Shown: one piece after another, positions 52,501-64,000 of the stretch
How positions within the stretch are numbered: the first letter of the stretch is position 1
Layout of the letters: the number at the start of each line of letters is the position of its first letter
Assembly (NCBI RefSeq): GCF_964204865.1
Contig: NC_135256.1
Coordinates: 15,190,001-15,254,000 of the forward strand
DNA: 64,000 bases
DNA from: Styela clava
Lineage: Eukaryota
Reading direction: 5' to 3'
Translations under genes and position numbers: made by a program
The notes under the pieces: generated by a model
Told to the model about the DNA's origin: nothing
Seen by the model: the letters and a program-made list of their open reading frames with translations, nothing else
The model's database searches: none

Positions 52501-54117
52501 TCGATCTTTTTTTTATCAAAAAAATATTCTTTGTCTTCTATGTAGTTTCTCAACATAGATAAATATATCATGAATCTATTTTTATCAAGGCATAAAATTA
52601 ATATTAACAAAGATACTTTTCATTCGGTGTGAATTCCAGCCTGTATCCATTTTCTGTATGAAACAACCGCGTGATGTTATCATTGAAAAGAAACCAGCTG
52701 CGAACGAGTGCGCGATAGATTTATATTTCGGTCAAATACCGCTGGTGTTCAAACACAAAGAGAAGTCTGGCCAAGACGGGCGTCGGTTTACCTTTGGATA
52801 ATCTCACGTGCCTTCTCGCCGAAGTAGCCACCCCTAGGTGTATGTATGGTTTGGGAGCCGAAACACTCAGAACCTGTAAATTCTACACAACTTATTGGTC
52901 ACATCACAACTAACAATCTCGATTAATATATTATACGCAGTTACGTTACGGCAAAACAAAATGCCACAACTAGCAACAGTATTTGACGGAGTTCAGCAAG
53001 TTATTACAAGATAATAAAAATGTGAATAAATAATAACACATCGTGAACATAATTCAACTTACTCAAATTAAATTAACAAAAGCTGATTATTGAAATATTG
53101 TCCTTGTCAGGGGCGTGGCCAGGAATAGCCGAGAAAATGTGGGTTTTCAAGAGTTTTGAAAAGCGTTTCAAAATGCTATGTATGCTACAGAAAAAATGGC
53201 GTTTCTATTTTTACATTTCCAAAGAAAATAAGGGGGGGGGGGGAAGGTTCCGCCCCTGGTTCTTGCACCCTCTAGGCAAAACTCATTCTTCATTTGTTAT
53301 CAACACAGTAATTTTGAATAAAATTTTAGCAAATTATCGCATGACAAATACGTGAATAAATAACAACATCTTTAACAAAAGTCTACTCTCCTAATAGTTC
53401 AATTTATATTATCAAACTTTTACATCGTGATTGAAATATGCGCATTTCTTGTCAAACCCCATTTTTACTGTCTTACCCACAAAGCACAATTTACATTTAA
53501 ATTACGGTAAACATTATTACCAGAGAAATGAGTGAATAGATAACATATCCTGAACCCAAGTCTACCCGCACAATATAACAACAAATTCACATTATCGAAA
53601 TTCCATACCCATGTATCATTTAGTCAACCACCAATTTATCAATACACACAGAACACTCTCAATTAAATTCATATTATTTATGTTTTGATATCAAAGGTGT
53701 CACTGAACTGAGATATTGAATTTAAATGCGTTTTTTGGCACTTTCAATGGTCTTTGATCGCATATCTCATAGTGTCAATAACTACCTTTTTAACATACTT
53801 TATTGTTCACTTCAAAATCCCTTGTGATATTGGAAAGAATAAAATATGCCATTCAGCATTTCGGAACGGATAATTTAGGTTAGTTAGGCTTCAATTTCAG
53901 CCAAATAAAGTGTGAAAATAGCTGATAAAAGACAAAATGAGCCGCAAATGTGATTGTACATGGAATTCAGTTGTGCCTTGTTCAGTTGACTTTGTATGTA
54001 TTGGAAGTGTCTAATAATATGCCTACCTAAGACTGTGCGGAGACTTTAAGTCCAGCTGTTTCAATTTTTCGGTAACAAAATAGTACACAAAATAGCAATG
54101 TACCAATAAAAACTCAC

Positions 54118-54392
54118 ATTCTATTGTAGTTCTTCTCTTCTACTGAACTAGGATAGGATTCCATTTCCTCTCTTCCGGAACTCCCCGCTTCATGTCTAGA
54201 ATTTATGCTGCGGGCTTGTATGTCCATGACTGGGTCAAATTTTGGACGGTAAGAGACAAATGTATTGCTTTCGTCTGGTGGTATGAGATGAGAAGAATAG
54301 TCCAAACTACTGCTTCCGGGGTATAAATATGTAGGCAAGTTCATGGGCGCTCGCCCATATTCATCGTGCGGTATGGGCGGAGTGCTGGACAT
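54118..54392 (-). CDS. Orphan ATG-containing coding exon (91 codons + 2 nt), candidate distal first coding exon of BCOR
   Basis: Acceptor ttatttacAG at 54507-54508, in-frame stop upstream of ATG 54392, donor AT/GTGAGT at 54116-54117. The peptide is S/P/Y-rich, like the BCOR N-terminus. Confidence 0.5.
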
Positions 54393-57300
54393 ATCTTTTC
54401 TTTGTCACAATTTGTCGTTGGCGATTGCACCAGTGAGCCAAAATTTTTAACATTAGAGAATTCTTTGTTAATACGTTTACGTATTATCCATCTCATGTGA
54501 GATGAGCTGTAAATAAGAACTATAAAATTAACAATCATTCTTTTACATTTGCCCATGAAATAAAAAGTAAAAAAACCCTTCAATCGGTCGATTGACGGCC
54601 TCTTTGTATAGGAATGGTTTAATAACGCTACTGCGGCTAGAGTTATGAAAAAAGAAGGCTAAATCGCTAAAACGAATTCGGCTTTGCAATTGATAACAGA
54701 AAGCAGTGGTTTTTCGAAACTTATTTGGATTTGGCTTAACTTCTGGCTTTGGATTTTGGATGTTAACTTCTGTCAAATCATAGTGCGTAAATTATGATCT
54801 ATAAATGGATGAAAATTAAATTTTTCCCCGAACTCATTCATTTTGTGTGGATATATTGCAATTCTAAATTCGTTCGACTAGTAGTTTCGAGACTGGTGTT
54901 TTTCTCTCCGCAAGACAATATAGCGTACATTACACAGTAGGAAGCCCGGCTTACGTACGTATTTATGCCGCCGTACATTGTTTTTTGAAGCCGGTTTATA
55001 CTATTCATATTTGCGCAGGGAATGTCAAATAACAGTAATTAGCACAACATCATTTGGATTCTGTGACGGTTCCATTACAATGATTTGTATTGAGTTTATT
55101 AACATTGTCAACCGTTATCGCACCGCACCAGTGGTTAAAAGACAGTCATTATTTTATTTTTCATTTGGAATCAATTATTGGTAAGACATCGTTTTCTGTA
55201 TAATATATTTTCACATCTTCTAACTATAGCAAAGCTTCGGCTTGCAGTTGCACGCTTGAAATTACGGCCACATAACATTTTCCATTTGGGTGAATTTGAA
55301 CTCAAGTATCTCTGTTTTCGCTAGGTTCTTTTATCTCATCTGAACAAACAATATAACGTACAAAATTTAACTAACGTCTGGGCCTACAAGCAGAGACCGA
55401 CACATTGACATTTGTTGTCTCATACTAAAAATAATATTCGCAGCAATATACTCTTGCGCCCATAGTTCAGGTTTAGAAAAGATTTTGACTGATTAGACAA
55501 ACATTTCGGCGTCTATCCGTTGTTCTCGTTTTAACATTGACCACAGTCAAGAACGATATTGAGGGCAGTTGCTGAGAGTGGAGAGGGTACGCAACGCCAC
55601 GCATATCGATACATTTATTTCGCACGTTCGAATAGTATACATTTCTAGATCAAAACTAGAAAATTCAAAAATAGACACGGACGATTATTTATCGAATTAT
55701 GAAACATATTGCTTGCTATCCTGCTAATTAACATATCCACGGACCTCGATTGGCACGAACTATATTAATAACAAAGGTCTTTCAGGCGAGACATGGCCAC
55801 TTGTTTCTTTCCCTCAAGGCAACAAAACAGCTAATCGAGAATATTGATTGATACTCTCTCGCGCTTTCCGCCGCGCGATTTACCACAAAGGTTACAGAAT
55901 TATCATGCGTCCGTACGAATATAGGTAATAAATACGATACCATAAGACATCTTGTGAGTAAATATGTAAGAAATGTTGTCTTTAGACCCCATTGTTATTT
56001 TGATGCTCGGTCAAGAACCGAACCTGTAACAAGTAGGGGAGCGTTTTTTATCTGGAAAGACATGTGAGATACGACATAAAGACATTCTAATCAAAAACTA
56101 CAAAAATACCCATCTCACAACAGTTGTGTTCTTTCTATATTTTATCGGAGCATACACAACCATCTCTAATTTGGTAAAATTCGTTATAAAAATGTTTTTT
56201 TTATGAAAGGTTCTCTTTTCGTACCATAAACAGGGCTCTGTATGAGCAATTTATCATGTGACGAAGTTCGAGCAACGTCATGTGCAGTCAGACTAACAGA
56301 TAGGGGTGTATCCATACATTAATCAAGTCTAGAAACAAAGATCGTTAACTTGTGAGTGTTGTGACAGTGATACAGTCTGAACAACGCTCCAATGTCCTGT
56401 GCCATACTCGAATATACGCTGTTTTTTATTTCTACGAAATTCAACAATTCGTATCGAAAACTAGTGATAACGTTTAGATACAGTTTAAAAGCTGGCAACA
56501 TACTCGACTATAAAATCTGGTAGCTAACATGCAGATCCTACACGACAATTTTTCACTGTGACATTAGGGATAACCACGTTCGGTAACTTGGCGACCTGAA
56601 TACAGGAAAATAAAGAAGGGCAAAATTTGTGCAACGTGTTCCTGATTTTTCTGTATGGCAAACACATATTCAATCAATTGCACTAACGGGCATACAACAT
56701 TACGACAGTAAATAATATTTTACAGGTACATATAGTATAAGGTTGTAATTGTAAAATGATATTTTTTCTCCCATCAACGCGACATTTCTTTGCATAAAAA
56801 GCCATGCTACCCAAAAGTCACACAATTGAAATAAATTACCATGCCGAACAGGCAAATATTAACGGGCATTCGCAACGTGAGCTCGTAGCATTGTCAACCG
56901 CTATGTGAAACTTAACTGGACGTTATCAGGTAGACAGTTACGTACTCACTTTAGGATCAGAATTGATGGGCTGAAAAACTATTATTGTGCGCCTAAACTT
57001 TCCCACAAAACACCAAAGCCACATCTTCACGCTAATATTATTTGACTCGTTGAGCCACTGAGACTTAAATACCGCCGAAAATCTTCATAACTTGCGTGAA
57101 ACAAGATCATAGGTAACAAAACGGACAGAAAGGAATACGCAAACAATATCACGACTGAGTGTAGAAGTAGATATTAAACGTCAGCAAAAAGTCATACCGC
57201 AACACATTGCATTGATTATGACACGATGCGCTAACAATATTTAGCATCCTTTTCCCTTCCTTTGGCTACGTAACCGAAGTACCGACGCTTCGCCAGTTGC

Positions 57301-58972
57301 TTATTTTTTCAAATAACAAAGTACCCTTACTCAAAGTATATGTCGACGGCTACGATAGTTTCACATGTGCCTGTCAGCGCATTGTTCAAACTTTATTTTC
57401 CAGTCACAAAAATTAGTAATAAATCCAAATTTTGCGAGTTCATCTACAACCAATTAACGCATGATGGTAAACAATACAAATTCTCAATCTTCATTCTGGC
57501 GCTCAGGTGGACCAAACATATCATGACTTCTGCTGTTTAAACTCGGCCGAAACAAAATATGAGCCTGCACTTGTTTCCCGGACAGAGTGCGTCCAATCTA
57601 TGTAAATATGCGACAAAGTGCCAACCGCATTCGTAATTTATTTGACGAAGACACATATCGCCCCTGATCCGAACCGAGACAAAAACCGCACGCCTTTGCA
57701 GTTTATAATCGAAGCAATTTACGACAACTCGGGAGCATTCGAACATTTACCACTAGTATAAAGTAAATTTATAAGTAGGTACTTTTTAACGGCAATCAAT
57801 TCCTTTTCTAATTAAATCCGTAATTAGCACACTTGACTGTAAAAAATCTAACATAAATAAACTCATTTGCCGTGGTATTTTCGGCAAATATCGCGAGGTC
57901 GAACCTCACAATGTTCTTTAAAAATTTTAATACGGAGGCGACCATCGAGTCTGTTTTTAGTTTTGAGAGACTAGTGTTCGATGACGAATACGTCATGCAG
58001 CGAGAAGCTTGAGCATCGAGAGGCAGGCGTGCGCGTTCGTATTAAACGACAAACAGTGCATGACGAATGTGAAAGAATGAACAGAATAGCGCCGGCGGTG
58101 GGACCATATGAGCGTTTGTGCGCTATCAGAGAGAATAGAAGAAAATAAAATTACTCGCAAATAGTGAGCCGGAGGAATGAGCAAATGAGCAGGTGTGATA
58201 GAAATTCAGAGCATTTGCATAGGCGATGCTTACGCGTTTCTCAATGTTTGGGAAAGCGTTGATTTTCGATGCTGAGCGTGTGCGCTCTTGAACTTATGTC
58301 ATTTAAAATCCCTGGTATTAATTAGATAGAGGACCAACTTTAATAAAAGCATAAACGCGGGGTAGCGATTTCACAGCTAATTCGATTCGACAGATAGTCA
58401 AAAGCGCGAAGGTGATGGATGCACTGTCCTGCATTACAAACCATTTCAGTCCAAGTAGATATGGTAGCGCATTACACAAAAGCTTTCGTCAAGTAATGTG
58501 CAAGAAACAAACGTAAAAAATATGACGTCGCAATAATCGTGCGGTAACCCTGCAAAATGATTTATTTATACATAAGTTGGGATTGTCATCTTTCTAAGAG
58601 CAGAATCCACCGCAATTTTTGATAAAAAACGACGACCAAATTTTGCGCTTTAAGTAGACAACGCCAAATTTGGGAGATGTGACAATATCGAAACACGCAA
58701 TGAAATAAGACAAGGTATATCATTTGGACTGAAAGCTATGTCAACATGACACAGATAGATCGACTCTTTAAACAGTCTTATATTTCTTTGATTCATTTGC
58801 AGGATTGAACGTTGTGAAATTTCAAGTACAAAAAATCTAGAAAATGCAAGTTATCAGTTAGAGCAAAACAGAGCTAGTGAGCGATGTCAAACCAGAGCCA
58901 TTACATCTCTGGTCTAACCATAGACTCCTTCTCGATGGAACCATTATACACGTCTTTTGATTGTGTATTAAT

Positions 58973-59490
58973 TTATTGAACACGAAACGTACATATGGAT
59001 CGTTTTGTTATTATGTTGTTGTTAGGATTCTTTTATCATTCTTGTTCTTACGAAAAAATCGCATTTCTCATTACCTACTGGACCAATTGTTTTTAGTTTT
59101 TCAGAGGTTAAAGATTGTATTCTTGCTACTAGAAGGCTTTTATTTTTGTTTATTTCAAAATCTGTGTGGCCTCGACGGGGATTCGTTTTTTTTCTGTGAG
59201 ATGAGGTCATGGAAATTAAAAATTGCGCTCCTTGTCAGGCTACTGTGATAGATTGCATACCCGCGCCATTTCGTGTCCATATATTTGAGCATCGCTCTCT
59301 TGTTGGACACGAACTGGACCCATGAATCGTTTTGTTATTAATATTCTGTTGTTGTTCTTCTTATCGTCATGAAAAAATTCTTTTCTTTTTATCTACTGGA
59401 CCAATTGCCTTAAAATTTTCAGTGGTTAAAGATTGTATTTTCGCTAGAAGGCTATTTCCCCGTGTCCATATATTTTACCATAGCTTTCTT
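58973..59490 (+). mobile_element. Head-to-tail dimer of the family B Helentron-like element
   Basis: Unit 1 ends CGTGTCCATATATTTGAGCATCGCTCTCTTGTT and runs directly into unit 2 (GGACACGAACTGGAC...). The internal block ACTGGACCAATTG..GGTTAAAGATTGTATT..CTAGAAGGC is repeated. Confidence 0.65.
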
Positions 59491-60641
59491 GGTATTATGT
59501 TGTTGTACTTCTTTATCGTCTTGGGAGACATCGACCCTATTCCGCCATCCGTAACTTGACACCCATCAACCGTATTTCGTCATCCCTATTTTTAAATCAC
59601 CAATATGACATTTATGCTATCACCACTATAGATGATTTCGACTGATATTTTATCTGTTTAATCCTTGAATTTCTACTTGATAACAAAGTTCCGTACCTGC
59701 TTCAACATATTGTCGAACCCATTATTGTGCGGCTTCCACAAAGCTGTAGGTCGTAGAGTTTTCTCAAATTATCGCCGCATTTGTATACTCTCCTCATAGG
59801 GTCATTTTCAGGCCTTGAAATTTTCCTAAGTGAGGACGATTTGGTTAACATGTGGTAGATGGATTATAATAAAAAATTATTCGTTGACTCGATATTCAGG
59901 CGCGTAGATCACCATAGAGTAAGATGCCTAATGAGAGAGAGTAACAGTAACGGTAGTGCAGACAACAGGATATGTCTGAAAACATCTGCGTCGATTAGCC
60001 TACATGTATAGTTTCATATTGCATAAAGAATATAGGAAAAGCGACAAAGGGGTAATGGTGACGTTTATCACCAGGTATAATAATAGGTAGGCTATTATAT
60101 TTTTATTGCCTCACTTTACTCTGCAGTCTGTTTAATGCCCCGTCACAATCTTCGATAGGATAAGTTAGGTTAGCACAAAAGTATTGAACAACCTAAGAAA
60201 AACAGAGAAACGAGAGGAACAAAAGGATGGTACATAATAATAGACTTAGTGATATACATATATAATGAAAAGATATATTCGTTTCGATTAATTAAATGTT
60301 AAGTCACCAAGACCATGAAATAAACGGTATTAGTTATTGCAATTCGCAATAAAAATACCGCCGTAATTTTTTCGACCAACACCGTTTTTTTATTTATTTA
60401 TTTTAGAAAATAAAACATGCGATCGTGATGCAACATGATTTGCAACCGAAATCATGTATATATGTCCTTTATGAAAATACAATTATAGTAAACGGAAAGA
60501 GTAAAGAGTTGGATAAATTGAATATCATTACATTGGAAATCAATCTTGGACAACTCAACTTAGGAGCGTGTTGGCAAATATTTTGTAGCGGTCACTTTAA
60601 TTTGTGTAAGTGGACTCCTCATTTTTATTGTGCATCTAGAT

Positions 60642-62104
60642 CAGTGCTTTTCAACCGGGTATACTGTATACCTAAGTGTATACCAGACCATTCGTAGGGT
60701 ATACGACTGATAAAAGATATACGAAGGGTATACAACTGATAATGGGTATACAAAAGGTGTACAGCCTAAATCAGGAATTGTAGGCTCTAATATAATAAAT
60801 TATAAAATATTCAATTGGAGACAACAATGCAAATGCGACGCACATGAAATATAAAATGTCATTCACGCAATGAACCGACTTGAGCACATTGTTACATCAC
60901 AAATTATGTAGATAATGCTGGTCGCTTGATATGCGGAAAGAAAATGAATTACACGATGTTCTACGGGAAGTCGTATATTTTGTGAATACGATTAAGAAAA
61001 GTTCAAAACAAACGAGAATTTTCTCGAAACTGTGTGAGGAAAAAGCTTTCAAAGAACTTCTTTTACATTCAGAAGTACGGTGGCTGTCCCGAGGAAAAGT
61101 TCTTTCCCGTGTGTTTGAACTTCGCGAGCAATTAGGGGCGTATTACACTAAAAAGGGATACCAAAAAACCACCAAGTTTCGTAATATATATTGGGTTGCA
61201 AAATTAGCGTACATGGCGTCGATTTTTGATCGTTTTAATCAAGTGACTGTCAGTCTTGAAGGGAAAGGAGGTGATATATTTCGTTCAACTAGCGAAATCA
61301 ATGCTCTGAAGATGAAAATTCAACTCTGGAAAAACAATGCCTCTTCACGAAACTTTATTGACTTTCCTCTTTTAAATCAATATTTGAAAGAGTCTGGGTG
61401 GGAGTTTGAGAACGTTTCAACGATAAATACCATGTATACCCTAACTGTTGGTCATTTGAACGTACTGGGTGATAAATTGGCTTTGTACTTTCCCTAAGAT
61501 AATAACAGACGCCTGGAAGAAAACTCGTGGATAATGCAGCCATTCACTAGTGAACCAACAGAAGACGTAGAATTGTTGAAACTCCGGGAGGATTTAAATC
61601 AAAAAATTTTATTCCGCGAAATGGATTACTCGGGAATTTTGGGTTTCTCTTTTTAAATTTGCCGATCACAAAAATCTGGCAGAAAAGGCCGTTGCTCTTC
61701 TGGCACATATGCCTACGACTTATTTGTGTGAAGAAGGGGTTTCCAGTCTTGTTGAAATCGAGCCGTAAAAGCGAAACTCAATACTTGCGGGGAGCAATTG
61801 AAAAGGAACCAAAACCCTGTTATGAACGAATTGCCGAGACTATACAAGAACAAAGAAGCCGCTGGAACTAAATGTCTTTACTTTTTCTACACATTTGGAT
61901 GTTAAATTAATTGCATCTGTGAGTAAAAACTAAAAGAAGCATTCATAATGACTCGCCCGCCACCTAGATTTTAGTTTTTTTCAATATGTGCCTAACATTT
62001 AATGTTCATTTTAGCTTGAAATAAACATTGGTATTTGTAAGATATACGAAGTTCTCGAAAAATTGTGAAAGGTATACCACGGTAAAAAAGGTTGAAGACA
62101 ACTG
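60642..62104 (+). mobile_element. Internally deleted hAT/Buster (Charlie-like) transposon
   Basis: TIRs CAGTGCTTTTCAACC...GGTTGAAGACAACTG, TSD ATCTAGAT on both sides, GGGTATAC subterminal repeats. Confidence 0.9.
60931..61871 (+). pseudogene. Buster/ZBED8-FAM200-like transposase C-terminal fragment, interrupted by a stop and frameshifts
   Basis: LLLHSEVRWLSRGKVLSRVFELR and WVAKLAYMASIF, stop at 61497, then PTTYLCEEGFSSL in a downstream frame. Confidence 0.9.
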
Positions 62105-62112
62105 ATCTAGAT

Positions 62113-62784
62113 CAGTGGTTCCCAACCTTTTTTGGTTCGCGACCCCCTTTTGTGATTTACACATACCTCGCGATCCCTGCCTCACTTTCTCTACTTATCA
62201 ATAAAATAATTTAATTTCCCATCAAGCAGCAGTTTTGCTCAATGTTACGGCTGACATTGAAACCCCGTAGCCAACTGCGTAATTCGTGGTTGAGTTTTCG
62301 ACAAAGCTAATCTCATATATATTATGCTAGACCGGGTTCATGTCGCCGGAAAAATTCTAAATTCTTCGTGGTGTATTTGGAATGCTTAGTCTCCAAATGA
62401 CATTTCAATTTGGACGGTTTCATGGATTCAGCACTGAGAACGATATTGCACAAAACACACCGCGGCTTTCCAATCCCGCTGGTATCGAAACCCTGGCGTT
62501 CCACAGCATTGTTTCGAAGCTTTATCGCATCGCGGCATGCGGAAATGCAGACTAGTTCGTGTGACGTCACAATGGCTAACATGCCATAAACATCTCGCGC
62601 CGCTTGCTTGGTTCTCAAGCAAGAACATTCTGGGGTCTCACGACAGCTAGTGGAAATCTCTCGGAGGCAAACGAGAATCCATTCAAGACTTCTTCGCATT
62701 CTATTGACAATATTTAACCTAAAGCTATGTATTATTTTTTACTGTTTTGCAAGACCTTCGCGACCCCCAGGTTGGGAACCACTG
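62113..62784 (-). mobile_element. Non-autonomous hAT/Buster element with a BED-finger transposase remnant
   Basis: TIRs CAGTGGTTCCCAACC...GGTTGGGAACCACTG; minus-strand KPRCVLCNIVLSAESMKPSKLKCHLETKH..LEFF is typical of the Buster N-terminus. Confidence 0.9.
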
Positions 62785-62791
62785 TCTAGAT

Positions 62792-63553
62792 CAGAGGTTC
62801 CCAAACCAGGGGTCGTGACCCCAAATTGGGTCGGAGTGATAAGTAGCTAGGGTCGCAAACAGGTCATAGGGTCGCTGAGGTATGGTATGGCGACATCTAG
62901 GCTCGGGTCACATGACCTGTGACGCGCTGCCACGTTTTGGCTTTTTGGAATACCAAATTCGACACTCGCTTCCTGACACTTGATCTTTGCACACTCGACT
63001 TCGGGCACTCAACTCGGGGATCTCTCGCGACACGCACCTACTACTACTCCGAGCATCTGCCTCATTTTTGAGTTAAGTTAATTTACTGTTTGATATCTAC
63101 TTTATGCTCTTATAACGTCGTTTTTATAATACAACAAGGAACTTACTCGTTTTAATCAGAGACTTGAAAGCGGACAGGAATTAGGAAGCCTTGTCTCGGC
63201 ACGCGGAGTCTAGGGCAATAGCAAGAACCCTATAATGGTAGAGGATGGATACACAAATCATCTAAGATTTGACAAACCGTGTTAAATTTATCAGTTTGTA
63301 CCATGGCTTACTGTAAAACAGGCTCATAAGCATCGCTCTATGCTTAAGCTATAGAAAATGTACGTGCTTATCGCGAATCACTGTTTGGTTTTAGCTTATT
63401 TTACTTAATACCACCACTTGACCAAACTCAAAAGTCCAGTGAAAGAGATTCTAAACTAAAGTTTCATGAAAAATATATATATTGTCCTGGGGTCGCACTG
63501 GACGCTTGAAAGTTCTTCTTAAGGTCGTCCTGAAAAAAGCTTGGGAACCCCTG
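62792..63553. mobile_element. Third non-autonomous hAT element
   Basis: TIRs CAGAGGTTCCCAAAC...GCTTGGGAACCCCTG, GGGTCG subterminal repeats, flanked by (G)TCTAGAT and GTCTAGAT. Confidence 0.85.
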
Positions 63554-63684
63554 GTCTAGATACTTCGCTCATTTAACCTTGAAGCGACTTGTACATACAT
63601 TCACGTTTATTAAATTTTGCTTGTTTAATATCTTCCCTGATTTTGCATGCAAAACGGCTCTCAAGCGTCTCCAATGGAGTGAAG

Positions 63685-63873
63685 GGTGATCGTACATTTG
63701 AAACCATGTGTATATCCGCGGGTTCAATCTATATGCGGGTGCTAAAACCCATGGGTTAGGGTTAGTATGGGTTTAAATATCCGTAAAACAAAAAAAAAAC
63801 TCCATAGGTGCAATAGTATGCAGGTGCAATTGTCATGGGTTCAAATGTACGTGGGTTCAAATGTAATGGAACC
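63685..63873. mobile_element. MITE-like element with internal GGGTTAGGGTTAG
   Basis: GTACATTTGAAACCATG...CATGGGTTCAAATGTAC inverted repeat plus internal direct repeats. Confidence 0.55.
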
Positions 63874-64000
63874 GAGTGAAGAGATAGGATAAACCCATTG
63901 AATAAACATTGGTCATTTAAAATTAATTCTACGCGGAAAAAAATAAGGGGGGCCATAAGCAAATAATTTGTGACGTTAGGTCTTGTGGAAAACGTTGTCA

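Noticed and set aside
36293-53355. Numerous 60-110 aa ORFs
   Set aside because: No recognisable domains, mostly non-ATG starts, and the expected background for AT-rich DNA.
58640-58917. Two-exon + strand mini-gene
   Set aside because: Splice sites look plausible, but the joined frames terminate quickly; at most a lncRNA.

Overview
AT-rich eukaryotic genomic DNA with short GT-AG introns. It is most consistent with a tunicate/ascidian (inferred from gene compactness, intronless housekeeping genes, mosaic CpG content and the repeat families). The first ~36 kb is gene-dense and CpG-depleted, holding six genes: LSG1 (+, single-exon CDS), PCID2 (-, 11 exons, 399 aa), MARCHF5 (-, single-exon CDS), TCTEX1D2/DYNLT2B (+, 4 exons, 132 aa), a BCOR/BCORL1 pro-orthologue (-, ~19 exons, ~1810 aa, ankyrin + PUFD) and PTPN1/2 (+, single-exon CDS). 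The next ~24 kb (36.3-60.6 kb) is CpG-rich and almost ORF-free. It contains one ATG-bearing exon (54118-54506, -) that is phase-compatible with BCOR, suggesting a distal BCOR promoter with PTPN1/2 nested antisense in a BCOR intron. The window ends with three different hAT/Buster elements stacked in one NTCTAGAT target site. tRNA-derived SINEs, hAT and Tc1/mariner MITEs, TTAGGG-containing MITEs and Helentron-like elements are scattered throughout. No prokaryotic-type system (CRISPR, defence operon) is present. Exon models were hand-assembled from splice signals and reading-frame phase and need transcript confirmation.
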